The notes under the pieces were generated by a model that saw only the letters and a list, made by a program, of their open reading frames with translations, was not told the origin of the DNA and did not search any database. The position numbers were made by a program, and so were the translations under genes. This document shows positions 9,344-18,860 of a DNA stretch of 64,000 bases, in pieces. The DNA comes from Bacillota bacterium (GTDB taxonomy: Bacteria > Bacillota > Sulfobacillia > JAUYEG01). The stretch lies in contig JAUYEG010000087.1 of assembly GCA_030691505.1 (NCBI GenBank), positions 2,476-66,475 on the forward strand. The letters are read 5' to 3'. Within the stretch, counting starts at the first letter, position 1. Each line of letters opens with the position of its first letter.

Positions 9344-10403
9344 TGTCCTGATCCCGGCGGCGGTCGCACACCAGGAGCACGTCGCCGGTGTCGACGATGA
9401 TCAGGTCGCGCACGCCGAGGGTCGCCACGACCCTGCCGCCGGCGGCATCGATGATGCAGCCCCCGGTTTCAACCGTCACCGCCGGACCGAGGACCACATT
9501 GCCGTCTCCGTCGGCGACGTTTGTCCTGCGCAGCGAAGACCAGCTTCCGAGGTCATCCCACCCGAACGCGGCCGGTACTGTGACCACGCCGCGCTCACGC
9601 TCGAGGACCCAGCGGTCTACCGGCACGGCTGGGAGCTGCGCGTACAGTGCGGCCATGCGGTCGGGGGCCGCCGCCCGGCTCAGCTCAGCCAGCACCTGGC
9701 CTGCTCCGATGTCGTGCCTCCCCATGGCCTCGAGGATCGTGCCGGCCTGCCAGGCGAAAATGCCGGCGTTCCATAGGTAGCGGCCGTCACTCAGATAGCG
9801 GGCCGCCCGCCTCCGATCCGGCTTCTCCACGAAGCGACGCACGGCGAGGACGGTCCGGCCTGCGGCGCTGTACACGGCCTTCCCCGGCAGGATGTACCCG
9901 TAGCCGGTCTCGGGGCGGGTCGGGCGCACCCCGATGGTCACGATCGCGCCGCCCGCGGCCGCGCCGATTGCCGCCGCCACGGTTGCGCTGAATTCATCCG
10001 GGCCCTCGACCCGGTGGTCGCTCGGGGCCACCAGCATCACAGCGTCGGGCCGCCCGCAGCGTGTCACGATATGAAGGGCGGCCAGGGCCACGGCCGGACC
10101 TGTGTTGCGGGCCGCGGGCTCCACCAGGATCCCTTCAGCCCCGATGCCCGGAAGCTGCCGGGCGACCTCGATTTCATAGGGATGGTGCGTGACGACGATG
10201 GTGTTCGCCGGCGGCACCAGCCGCCCCAAACGCGAGGCCGTGGACTGCAGCAGCGACTCGTCTCCACCGGCGAAGGACATGAACTGCTTGGGCCGGTGGC
10301 GGCGGCTTCTCGGCCAGAACCGCGTGCCGAGGCCCCCCGCGAGGATGACCGCGAAGACCGGGACCCCCCCGGGCTCCATGCGCAGACCCCCGGTATCCGT
10401 CAT
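9291..10403 (-). CDS. manC: mannose-1-phosphate guanylyltransferase
   Basis: AVILAGGLGTRFWP nucleotidyltransferase motif and a left-handed beta-helix C-terminus. ATG overlaps the stop of the upstream ORF as ATGA. Confidence 0.8.
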   Translation of the reverse strand: MTDTGGLRMEPGGVPVFAVILAGGLGTRFWPRSRRHRPKQFMSFAGGDESLLQSTASRLGRLVPPANTIVVTHHPYEIEVARQLPGIGAEGILVEPAARNTGPAVALAALHIVTRCGRPDAVMLVAPSDHRVEGPDEFSATVAAAIGAAAGGAIVTIGVRPTRPETGYGYILPGKAVYSAAGRTVLAVRRFVEKPDRRRAARYLSDGRYLWNAGIFAWQAGTILEAMGRHDIGAGQVLAELSRAAAPDRMAALYAQLPAVPVDRWVLERERGVVTVPAAFGWDDLGSWSSLRRTNVADGDGNVVLGPAVTVETGGCIIDAAGGRVVATLGVRDLIIVDTGDVLLVCDRRRDQDIKLLQEELRRAGLDHLL

Positions 10404-12229
10404 GGCTGATCCGCTTCCTGACCGCTGCCTGCAAGAAACGAACCGGCCAGAGCAAAGCTGCCCGCCAGCAGGGCCCAATAGGCGGCGAGCATCGCCGGCG
10501 GCACCGGCCTGTCGCCGATGGTTTCGGCCGCCCTGCCCAGCGCGGCGAGCGCGTCCCGCCGGGCCGCGTGTACCTGCAGCACCTGCTCCGCCGGTCCGAA
10601 CAGTTCCGGGGGAGCGGCACGGAGGGTGGCGGCGCCGGGCCGGCCGCCCCGCCGGACGGGCAGCGCCAGGACTGTGTTTTGCGGTTCGAGCGCCCGCCAG
10701 ATCCCGGCCGCGGCCGCATCCGCGGCGGTGGCCGGGGCAGCAGCACGTGGCGCGGCAAGGACATACAGGTACGGGGCGGCGGCAAGGACGTCGCCCCACG
10801 AACTGAATTGGGCTTGGGCATCTACCACCGGAACCAAGACGGAGCGGCCGCCGGTCCGGACGGTGTGCGCCAGACGGCGCAGCCCACCGTCGTCCTGGGG
10901 ACCGCGCCAGATGGCCAGGAGCAGATGGATATCCTCCATGGACTGTCCGGCGGCCACGCTCGCGCCCGGGGCCGCAAGGTCGGCGATGGCGGCGATGCGC
11001 GAGCCGGGGGACCACAGCTCCGGCCGCGCGACGCTGCCGCCGGGCCCGACCCGGAACCGGGCCGGGCGCCGGCGCGCCATTGGCCGGACAGAGAGATCAA
11101 CCGTGGGTGGAAAGGTCGAACCAGCCGCAGCGGGGACCAGCGGAGGTCCGGACGACGGGGGGGCGGCATCCAGGCGCAAGCACAGCACCGCCTGTCTGGC
11201 CCGTCTGAGGGCGTCCGGCCAGGCAGCCCCCCGGGCAATCTCGGCACCCGAAGGCAGCCAGCAGGCCTCGACCGCGATCCACGCCGGGCCCTGATGGATC
11301 TGCCGCGCCGGCGGGGCCGCCGGCATGCGACCAGCCAGAGGGATGGCAAGCGGCATCCCCAAGCCTGGCGCCTGCCCGCCGGGCTTCGCCAGCCGCTGCG
11401 GAAACGGCGGTAAGGCGTCGCCGGTGGGGGCCCCGGCCGCGCCGGTTCCGGTGGGCGGCAGCCTGACATCTACTGCCGCACGGTCCGCTATCTCATCACG
11501 GTAAGCACAGGCGTACACCACCGCGGTTGACAGGTCATCCCCTATGGCCGCGATGGCCCCGGCTAGATCCCGGCGGGCTTCCGGCGCCAATGCGCCATAC
11601 GGGTCGTCCAGCAACAACAGCTCCGGGTACGCGGCGAGCTCGCGGGCCAGGACCAGGCGTTCGCGGTCGACCGGAGAGAGCGAGGCGGCCTGGGCCTGCG
11701 CGACCTGGGCCAGCCCCGCCGCCGCCAGAGCCTCCCCGGTGCGGCGCTCCACCTGTGCCTCCGGCAGTCCCCCGAGCACCGGTGCGAGCGCTACGTTCTC
11801 GCGGACCGTGAAGTCGGGCCTCGGACGCAGCCCCGGGGTCACAACGCCGGGACGGGCCGCCGCGCGAGGCAGAGACCACGCCGGGTGGCCACCCAGATAC
11901 ACCTCGCCGCGCTCGGGCAGGTCGATGCCCGCGATCGTTCTCAGGAGGGCTGACTTACCCGCCCCGGGCGGGCCGGTGACTGCCACCAGCTGTCCCGGCC
12001 CGACAGAGAGGTCCAGGCCGGACCCTGCCGGCCAGTCCACTCCCGCGGGTCTGAGGCCCTGGCAGCGCAGCCATGGGCGGCTTTCTTGCGCGCTGCGCCG
12101 CGCGGTGTCCGTACGGGTGGGCGGCCGGGGCTCACGCGGAGAGGTGCCCACGCTGATCAACCGCCCATCGATAGACGAGCCATGTCTCCACTGCTGCGCG
12201 ACGCCAGCTGTAGCCGCGGACGCGGACAC
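10400..12229 (-). CDS. degenerate ABC-type nucleotide-binding domain fused to a ~380-aa Ala/Pro-rich domain of unknown function
   Basis: Walker A GPPGAGKS. Signature degenerate (LSPVDRERL). Walker B LLLLDDP (catalytic Glu replaced by Asp). No H-loop His. The C-terminal region has no recognisable motifs. The stop is translationally coupled to manC. Start uncertain; candidates are GTG 12229 and GTG 12151. Confidence 0.5.
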   Translation of the reverse strand: MSASAATAGVAQQWRHGSSIDGRLISVGTSPREPRPPTRTDTARRSAQESRPWLRCQGLRPAGVDWPAGSGLDLSVGPGQLVAVTGPPGAGKSALLRTIAGIDLPERGEVYLGGHPAWSLPRAAARPGVVTPGLRPRPDFTVRENVALAPVLGGLPEAQVERRTGEALAAAGLAQVAQAQAASLSPVDRERLVLARELAAYPELLLLDDPYGALAPEARRDLAGAIAAIGDDLSTAVVYACAYRDEIADRAAVDVRLPPTGTGAAGAPTGDALPPFPQRLAKPGGQAPGLGMPLAIPLAGRMPAAPPARQIHQGPAWIAVEACWLPSGAEIARGAAWPDALRRARQAVLCLRLDAAPPSSGPPLVPAAAGSTFPPTVDLSVRPMARRRPARFRVGPGGSVARPELWSPGSRIAAIADLAAPGASVAAGQSMEDIHLLLAIWRGPQDDGGLRRLAHTVRTGGRSVLVPVVDAQAQFSSWGDVLAAAPYLYVLAAPRAAAPATAADAAAAGIWRALEPQNTVLALPVRRGGRPGAATLRAAPPELFGPAEQVLQVHAARRDALAALGRAAETIGDRPVPPAMLAAYWALLAGSFALAGSFLAGSGQEADQP

Positions 12230-13310
12230 GTCCGCTTGCCGCGAGGGCTCTGCGCCGCTCCGGCTCGGAGAGCGCCAGGGCCAGCTTTGAGGCCATCATC
12301 GCCGGATCGCAGGGATCGAAGAACAGCGCCGCATCGCCCGCAACTTCGCGGTGGGCGGGGATGTCGGAAACGACCAGCGGCACGCCGCAGGCCATGGCCT
12401 CGACCAGCGGAAGGCTGAAACCCTCGCTCAGCGACGGGCAGCAGACCAGCCCTGCCGCTCCGTAAAGGCCCGGCATGTCCGATACGGGGACCAGGCCTGG
12501 CATCACGACCCGTCCCTGCAGCCGGCAGTCCGAGATCATCTGCGCAAGACGCGAGCTGTCACGGCCGGGTGCGCCTGAGAGAACGACCTGGGGCAGGGCC
12601 TGCGCCGCGCTCCGGTCCTGGAGGAGCCGGGCCGCCGCATCGAGCAGCAGGGCCAGATTCTTGCGTGGATTGAAGCCCCCGACGTGCAGGATGTACCCCG
12701 GGGTCAGGCCGTATTTCGACGTCACCTTTCGGACGCCGTCCTCGCTGATCTCAGCAAGGTACTGCTCTTCGGGCGCCTCGTGAACAACCGCGATCTTTTC
12801 GGCGGCAATCCCGAGCACCTCACGCAGGTCCACCGCAGTCGAGCGGGACACGGCGATGATCCGGTCGGACCGGTGCATCGCCCATGGCATGTCTCGGATG
12901 CTGTCGCGCAGGTAGCTGGCACTGCAAGTCTGGGGCAGGGTGAAGGGAATCAGGTCATGAACCGTCGTTACCACGGCGCAGGGCACATCGGGCAGTCCCC
13001 GCCCGTTCTGCGGCAGGTGCAGGATGTCGGCTCGCTCGCGGACGCAGAGGTCGGCCAACTCCGCGGTTTCCGCCGCGCGCTCCGTCGCCGAAAGGCGCAC
13101 GCACCGAACCCGGGCCCGGGGTTCCACGGCTGAGCCGGTCGCAAGGCTCTCCTCGAGCGGGAGCGGCGGTGCCCCCTGGGGCAGGCAGATCACCACGGTG
13201 TCACAGGCACTGGCCGTTAGGGCCACGTTCTCGGCCAGTTGGTGCGTATAGGTGCCGATGCCCGTGCCGCGGTAGCGGATTGCGCCCCGGCCGTCGATAA
13301 CGATCCGCAA
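12132..13310 (-). CDS. GT4-family glycosyltransferase
   Basis: GT-B fold C-terminal region with an EGFSLPLVEAMACG motif. N-terminal RGTGIGTYT motif shared with two paralogs in this window. Confidence 0.85.
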   Translation of the reverse strand: MRIVIDGRGAIRYRGTGIGTYTHQLAENVALTASACDTVVICLPQGAPPLPLEESLATGSAVEPRARVRCVRLSATERAAETAELADLCVRERADILHLPQNGRGLPDVPCAVVTTVHDLIPFTLPQTCSASYLRDSIRDMPWAMHRSDRIIAVSRSTAVDLREVLGIAAEKIAVVHEAPEEQYLAEISEDGVRKVTSKYGLTPGYILHVGGFNPRKNLALLLDAAARLLQDRSAAQALPQVVLSGAPGRDSSRLAQMISDCRLQGRVVMPGLVPVSDMPGLYGAAGLVCCPSLSEGFSLPLVEAMACGVPLVVSDIPAHREVAGDAALFFDPCDPAMMASKLALALSEPERRRALAASGRVRVRGYSWRRAAVETWLVYRWAVDQRGHLSA

Positions 13311-13313
13311 CGC

Positions 13314-14330
13314 CTAACCCCCCCGGCTGGCCTCAGTGTGTTCTTGAATACAGGCCATCTGGGTTTGGTACTCCTGCATGGCCCGCTTGAGGTGCCTCAC
13401 GAAGGTGTTCTCCGGCCAGTCGCGCTTATGCTCGTAGTAGCGCTGCGCCAACTGGTACAAGCGGTCCGGGAACTCCAGCACCAGCATGAGGATCGACTTC
13501 TCCCCGGCTGACATCGGGCGCTCCCGGTCATAGGCCGCGATGACCCGGCCAAGCAGCGCGCTGTCGCCGCCTGTGCCCTTGATGACGCGTAACGCCAGAC
13601 GTGCCACATCGGTGACATGGCATTCGCGCCGGCACCCACCCCAGTCCACAAATACCGCACGGGGCTGCGGCTCGTTGGTCAGGACGACACCGTTCCGGCC
13701 CACGCGGCGATACACAAACAGCCCCTGTTTCCTGGACTGCTCCGCCAACTCCGCCCACTGCGAGGACTCAAGCCGCTCCAGCGTGGCCTCCGCCTGCGGC
13801 AGCACGGTCTCGACCGCCGCCAGAAACCCGCGGTCCATGGCCGTCCGGCGCAGCTTGTTGTGCGCCATCAAGACATACGTGCGCAACGACCTTATGCGGT
13901 CGCGGCAGCGCGAGAGGTAGCGGTGGTACATGTCGAGCGGTTCGGGCATCTCGTCGCCGTTCAGTTCCGCGGAGGCCCGGTGCAGCGAACCCAGAGCGGC
14001 GGCCGTGGCCAGCGCATCGCTTTCCAGTCCCAAAAGGGCCCCGTGCCCGTCTACCAATTCGCTCAACAGCCAGGTAGAGTGGCCTGCGCGGACCCCAAGC
14101 TGCCCGGCCGCGTCGCGGCGCCAGGCGGGGAGCCCCGCAAACCCCTGGGCGAGCAAGTGCTCGATGGCCCGCAAGGACAGGTCCGCCTTGGCGCTCCGCC
14201 GCTTTATCTCCCGCAGCACCAGCATGTCGTCACCGGCCAGCACGAGCCACGCGGCATGCCCGCAGGGCTCGATCCTGGCCGGCTGCACGATGCCGTACCC
14301 GGCCAGGATCTCCGCAAAGGCCGTTTCCAT
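13314..14330 (-). CDS. CotS-family spore coat protein (protein-kinase-like fold)
   Basis: Aminoglycoside-phosphotransferase/CotS-like catalytic region (VFVDWGG, CHVTD). Start likely at METAFAEIL, immediately after the upstream stop. Confidence 0.65.
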   Translation of the reverse strand: METAFAEILAGYGIVQPARIEPCGHAAWLVLAGDDMLVLREIKRRSAKADLSLRAIEHLLAQGFAGLPAWRRDAAGQLGVRAGHSTWLLSELVDGHGALLGLESDALATAAALGSLHRASAELNGDEMPEPLDMYHRYLSRCRDRIRSLRTYVLMAHNKLRRTAMDRGFLAAVETVLPQAEATLERLESSQWAELAEQSRKQGLFVYRRVGRNGVVLTNEPQPRAVFVDWGGCRRECHVTDVARLALRVIKGTGGDSALLGRVIAAYDRERPMSAGEKSILMLVLEFPDRLYQLAQRYYEHKRDWPENTFVRHLKRAMQEYQTQMACIQEHTEASRGG

Positions 14331-14331
14331 G

Positions 14332-16296
14332 TCAGCTCTCTTGCCGGGGGTGCACCGGCGACGGCCATTTGCTCCAGACGATCGTGCGGGGACCAGGAGG
14401 GGCGGCAGCCACCTGCACGGCCTGGTCCTCTGCCGGCGCCGCATCGTGTGGCTCGAGGTCATCCGGCGCGGGGGCTTCGGCCTGCGGCGGCGTGCCGGCC
14501 GCCTCTTCCAGGTCTGCTGCCCGGGCTGGCTTCACGTCGAGGGCCGGGGGCCACTCGTCCGGAATATCTCCTGCCTCGTCGCCGGTTGGACTTTCCGGAG
14601 GGGTTTCCTTGTCCCCCGCAGGCTCCGTGATCTCACCGGTTACGGTCACGGCCTTCTGCTCCCCGGGCGGGCGGACCGGGTGAGGCAGCGGCCCCCACAC
14701 GAGGCGGCGTGCCGGCGCCGAGGCTCGCGCGGAGGCCGGCACGGCAGCCTGCTTGGGAGCTGACACTGTCTCCGGCACGGTCACAGCCACTGGCTCCGGC
14801 TCGGGCTTATGCTCGGCCCCAAGCCCTGGCTCCGGCTCGGCCTGCTGCACGGGCCCGGCCATGGTCTCGGGTTCAGCGGACAGGGGGATCACCAGCTGCA
14901 AACCGGGCTCCAATGCGGTCTCTTTTGCCTCGGCCGCGGGGGCTTCGCTCTCAGGGGCAACCGGGGTCTCCTCCGGCGCCGGCTGCGCGAACACGAGCAC
15001 GTCTTCCTCCTCGGGCTCAGGTTCTGTCCAGGCCTGGTAAATAGGGGTTTCTTCCAACATGGGGGCCGCCTCCTCCTCAAAACTTCCGGCCGGCAGGTCG
15101 ATGGCATCCATCCGCAGCAAGTCCAGAGGGATTGCTTCCAGCTGGTCCGGCTCGACCGGCGTGGCCGGCAGATGCGGTCCGTCAGGCACGTCCGGCGTGT
15201 CTACGGGCTCGGGCCCGGACACGGCGCCCGGGCCGGGCAGGGTCACAAGGATCGGCTCGGCCGGCAGGTCCAGGCCGCCGACTATCTTGGCGAACCTGGC
15301 CCTCTGCTCGGCGCTTTCCAGCAACCTGCGCAGAGTGCGGTTGCGGCGGTGGTCTTTTTGATAGCGGGACTTGCCGACGGCCCAGAACTCCATCGGGAAT
15401 AGCAGGTAGGTTCCGATCAACTCCGTCTCCTCGCGGCTCAGGGGTCTGCCGCGGGCCTGCCCGTAGCTCTGCAAGATAAAGGCCGCGCGTTCAAGGTCCA
15501 GCCCCGCCGCGCGGCGCACGAATTTGGCCAGGTCCTCCAGCCGGATTTCGAGACCCGAGCTGTCAAAATCCAGCAGGCGCAGCCGCATCCGTGAATCCAT
15601 GGCCAGGTTTCGCGGGGTGAAATTGCGGTGGCATACCGCACCCGCTTCCCGCTCTGTCTGCGCCAGATCGCCCAGCGTGGAATCGGCGAGACGGCGAACC
15701 GCCGCCTCGGCCTGACGGCAGAAAGCCGGAGCGGCCTTGGCGTAACGGCTATCGAATCTCGAATCGCGCCGTCCTTCGTCGGCCAGCTCTGCAAAGCCGT
15801 ACAGGTCCCGCAGGCGCTCGACGGACTTATCGAGCCAGCTTCCATAGTCGTCGCGCAACCCGCCGAGACCCGGCCGGGGCCGGAATCGTTCCCCCGCCTG
15901 GTGCATCCTCGCCATTATCTCCACTGCCGTCCGCAGGGTGCCGGGTTCACCGATGTCCGGCCGGCTCAGGTCGTACCAGTCCTGAAGGTAGAGGATTTCG
16001 CCGTCAAGGTGCACGTACGGTTCGCCGCTGCGGGTGAGGTAGATTCGGGGCGCGTCGTCGAAGCCCCGGGAGCGCAGGTGCTCAAGCATGTCATGGACGA
16101 GGCAGATCTCCTGCGGCCCGAACCGGAAGCGTTTCAGGAACCTCGGCCCGCGCGGGCTCTCCACCTTGAAGCCCGATCCCACCGGGATCAGGTTCATGGG
16201 GGTCCAGCCGTAGGCGCCCAGCGCGTCCATCGTCTGCAGATAGCGGTCCCGCTGTTTCGCGAATTCCCGACCATTTGTTTCATCCTGCGAGGTCAT
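14332..16296 (-). CDS. CotS-family kinase-like protein with a ~320-aa acidic Pro/Glu/Ala-rich low-complexity C-terminal tail
   Basis: N-terminal ~330 aa carry CotS/APH-like motifs (CHRNFTPRNLAMD, LLDFD). The C-terminal tail is PEPE-rich. Confidence 0.7.
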   Translation of the reverse strand: MTSQDETNGREFAKQRDRYLQTMDALGAYGWTPMNLIPVGSGFKVESPRGPRFLKRFRFGPQEICLVHDMLEHLRSRGFDDAPRIYLTRSGEPYVHLDGEILYLQDWYDLSRPDIGEPGTLRTAVEIMARMHQAGERFRPRPGLGGLRDDYGSWLDKSVERLRDLYGFAELADEGRRDSRFDSRYAKAAPAFCRQAEAAVRRLADSTLGDLAQTEREAGAVCHRNFTPRNLAMDSRMRLRLLDFDSSGLEIRLEDLAKFVRRAAGLDLERAAFILQSYGQARGRPLSREETELIGTYLLFPMEFWAVGKSRYQKDHRRNRTLRRLLESAEQRARFAKIVGGLDLPAEPILVTLPGPGAVSGPEPVDTPDVPDGPHLPATPVEPDQLEAIPLDLLRMDAIDLPAGSFEEEAAPMLEETPIYQAWTEPEPEEEDVLVFAQPAPEETPVAPESEAPAAEAKETALEPGLQLVIPLSAEPETMAGPVQQAEPEPGLGAEHKPEPEPVAVTVPETVSAPKQAAVPASARASAPARRLVWGPLPHPVRPPGEQKAVTVTGEITEPAGDKETPPESPTGDEAGDIPDEWPPALDVKPARAADLEEAAGTPPQAEAPAPDDLEPHDAAPAEDQAVQVAAAPPGPRTIVWSKWPSPVHPRQES

Positions 16297-16298
16297 AC

Positions 16299-17474
16299 CT
16301 AATCCCTCCGCATGTCACTGCCGGCCGCCAGTGGCTCGGTGTAGACGGCCAGGGTCCTTTTTGCCACCAGAGCCCAGGTAAACTGGGCCGCGTGGGCCAG
16401 GCCGCGCGCCCGCATGAACTCAGCCAGAAAGGGGTCTGACACCACCCGCGCAATCGCCTCCGCCATGGCCCCGGGATCGCGGGAGTCCACAAGCTCGGCA
16501 GCCGTGCCGCACACTTCCGGCAGCGAGGTGGCATCGGAGCATACCACCGGGCACCTGCAGGCCATCGCCTCCAGCGGCGGTAGTCCGAATCCCTCGTACA
16601 GCGACGGGTAGACGAAAACGTCCGCACCGCTGTACAGGTGGGGCAGGTCGGCCGCGGCGACGTATCCAAGGCATGTGACCGCTGACGCACACCCAAGTCT
16701 ATGCGCGAGTTCGAGAAGCTGACCGTGGCCCTGCTCCGGACTGCCCGCGATGGCCAGGGCCTGCCCGCGGGGAAGGCGCGGTCTGGCCAATGCGAATGCG
16801 GCGATGAGAGCGGGCACATTCTTGCGCGGGCTGAGCCCGCCGACGTACAGCACATACGGGCTTGTTAATCTGTACCTGGACGCGACCCTAGCCAGCGCCT
16901 CCTTGCGGGGCACCGGGCGGAGAGAGCACGGCGGGGCCTCCCCGATCACCGTGATCTTGCCTGAATCAACGCCCAAGAGCTGCACCAGGTCAGCCTTGGA
17001 GTGCTCGGACGGCGTGATTATTCTTGCAGCACGGGTTGCGGCCGCTGGTACCTGTTCCTCGAACAGGCCGCGGAAGCCAGCCCCCGCCGCGCCCGGCATC
17101 ACCAGGGGGATCAGGTCATGAACGGTCACCACAAGGGGGAGGCCCTCATCCAGCGGCAGGCCAATGCCGCTGTGCGGGTTGTGCCATAGAACCTCATCAC
17201 CGAGCAGTTCCGGCGGTTGTGAGGCCATCTGCCAGAAGCGGTTGCCCGGAGGAGGAGCCCCGGCCCCCTCGTAGATCCCAGCGGCGCCGGTGCCAGCCGG
17301 GAAGCCCTGCGCCCCGTCAAGCCCCCAGCAACGTACCGCATACCCCAGATGCCTGGGCGGCAGCGCCGAAACCAGTTCGGCCGTGTAGGTGCCGATCCCG
17401 TGGCCCCAATGCCACCGTGCCGAACGCGCATCGATCGCCACCGCGCCGTCCCGCCCCATGGCTTGAAGGTTCAT
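16299..17474 (-). CDS. GT4-family glycosyltransferase
   Basis: [13 protein letters not shown] motif. N-terminal HGIGTYT motif. Probable start MNLQAM overlaps the stop of the small upstream ORF as ATGA. Confidence 0.8.
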   Translation of the reverse strand: MNLQAMGRDGAVAIDARSARWHWGHGIGTYTAELVSALPPRHLGYAVRCWGLDGAQGFPAGTGAAGIYEGAGAPPPGNRFWQMASQPPELLGDEVLWHNPHSGIGLPLDEGLPLVVTVHDLIPLVMPGAAGAGFRGLFEEQVPAAATRAARIITPSEHSKADLVQLLGVDSGKITVIGEAPPCSLRPVPRKEALARVASRYRLTSPYVLYVGGLSPRKNVPALIAAFALARPRLPRGQALAIAGSPEQGHGQLLELAHRLGCASAVTCLGYVAAADLPHLYSGADVFVYPSLYEGFGLPPLEAMACRCPVVCSDATSLPEVCGTAAELVDSRDPGAMAEAIARVVSDPFLAEFMRARGLAHAAQFTWALVAKRTLAVYTEPLAAGSDMRRD

Positions 17475-17665
17475 CGCCAGCGCGTCACCCGCGGTGAGGC
17501 CAGGACGAACACCGCCAATCCCACGGCGGCCAGGGTGAGTAAGCTTGGCCAAAGCACCAGAGCAGCCGTCCCGAGCAGGATACCCGCCAGGACACGGAGT
17601 TTCCTCGCAGCCGCCCGGAGGCCCCGCGCAATCCTGCGCACGCCGGATGGAGCGCTCGCCGCCAC
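17471..17665 (-). CDS. small (64 aa) predicted membrane protein, translationally coupled to the GT4 gene
   Basis: GTG start. One strongly hydrophobic span (LAGILLGTAALVLWPSLLTLAAVGLAVFVLA). TGA overlaps the downstream ATG. Confidence 0.3.
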   Translation of the reverse strand: MAASAPSGVRRIARGLRAAARKLRVLAGILLGTAALVLWPSLLTLAAVGLAVFVLASPRVTRWR

Positions 17666-17830
17666 CGCCTCACCCCCTCACCCGTCCCTTCATTGTATGA
17701 GCGAGGCGCTGAGCGGTGAGGAGCGGGCGCCCGAACGCATCAGCCTGCCCGGCACTATAATGGACCACCGATTTGAATGTGGGTTTGCCTGGTGTTTTCT
17801 ACCGGGCGCCCGCGCTGAGGGAGGGTCCCG

Positions 17831-18853
17831 GTGGAGACGCAAGCCCTGCTCGCCCACTGGAACCTGACGGTCAAGTCCGCGGAGCCGGTCTCCGGTTCGC
17901 CCCGCGTTCATCGCGTCGAAACCGCGGCCGGCCCGAAGGTGCTGAAGAGGTCCAGGATCAGGGAGGACGAGGTGCTGTTTGTCCACGCGGCCCAGGAGCA
18001 TCTCGCCGCGTCGGGTTTCCATGAGGCTCCGCGCTTTCAGCTTGCCCGTGACGGAAGGCCTTTCGTCCGTCAAGGCTCCGAGCTGTGGACCCTGACGGAT
18101 TGGGTCGATGCGGAGCGCTCCACGCTCCGTCGAAAGAACCAGCTCGATCTGGCGGTGGGCAAAGTTGCGGAATTGCATGAGAGGAGCGCCGGGTTCCCCG
18201 CGCCCGCTCAGCCTGCCGACCGCACTCGGTGGGGGGCCTGGCCGGAGATCTTCCGGGCACGCCTTGACCAGCTTGGCGTATTCCGCCGCCTTGCGCGTGA
18301 GGCCAGGACGCGCACCGCATTTGACCGGCTTTATATGGGGCTGCTTGACTACCACTGGGAACAGGCCGCGACGGCCATTACGCTGCTGCTCCGCACACGC
18401 TACCGCCGGCTGATGGACCTTGAGTGCAGGCGGGCCTCGATCTGCCACCATGACCTGACCCACAACAACATCATGTTCCGACCGGACGGGAGCGTTCACC
18501 TGCTCGACCTGGACTACTGCCTCGCGGACAGCCGGTTGCACGACGTCGGCAGCATGATTCTCCGCCACTGCAAGCGTTTCGGGTGGGATCTGGCGGCGGC
18601 GGAGCTATACATCAAGCTGTACAGCCGTAATAGCCGCGATCCGCTTAGCTCCGACGAGCTTGCCGTTCTCGCGGCCTTCCTGTACTGGCCTCAGGATTTC
18701 TGGCAAGTCGGCCTGCAGTACTACGTTGAAAAACAGCCCTGGCCGCTCAGCAGGTTTCTTTCTTCACTTGAGCGCAAAACGGCCAACCGGCGCGAGCACG
18801 AGGCGTTTCTCGCCGGCTTTCGCCGGCGTTTCTCGCCGGACCTGACGGTGTGA
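17831..18853 (+). CDS. CotS-family spore coat protein
   Basis: ICHHDLTHNNIMF and LLDLDY catalytic-loop motifs. GTG start with RBS GGAGGG. Confidence 0.8.
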   Translation: METQALLAHWNLTVKSAEPVSGSPRVHRVETAAGPKVLKRSRIREDEVLFVHAAQEHLAASGFHEAPRFQLARDGRPFVRQGSELWTLTDWVDAERSTLRRKNQLDLAVGKVAELHERSAGFPAPAQPADRTRWGAWPEIFRARLDQLGVFRRLAREARTRTAFDRLYMGLLDYHWEQAATAITLLLRTRYRRLMDLECRRASICHHDLTHNNIMFRPDGSVHLLDLDYCLADSRLHDVGSMILRHCKRFGWDLAAAELYIKLYSRNSRDPLSSDELAVLAAFLYWPQDFWQVGLQYYVEKQPWPLSRFLSSLERKTANRREHEAFLAGFRRRFSPDLTV

Positions 18854-18860
18854 GGAGACA

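Noticed and set aside
10404-11015. N-terminal extension of the manC ORF (574-aa call)
   Set aside because: It has no homology and overlaps the upstream gene. ATG at 10403 with ATGA coupling gives a canonical 371-aa ManC.
17471-17665. Apparent 1-nt frame inconsistency between the displayed sequence and the ORF track near 17580
   Set aside because: This is most likely my transcription or indexing slip, or a numbering offset, and not a biological frameshift. ORF-track coordinates were used.
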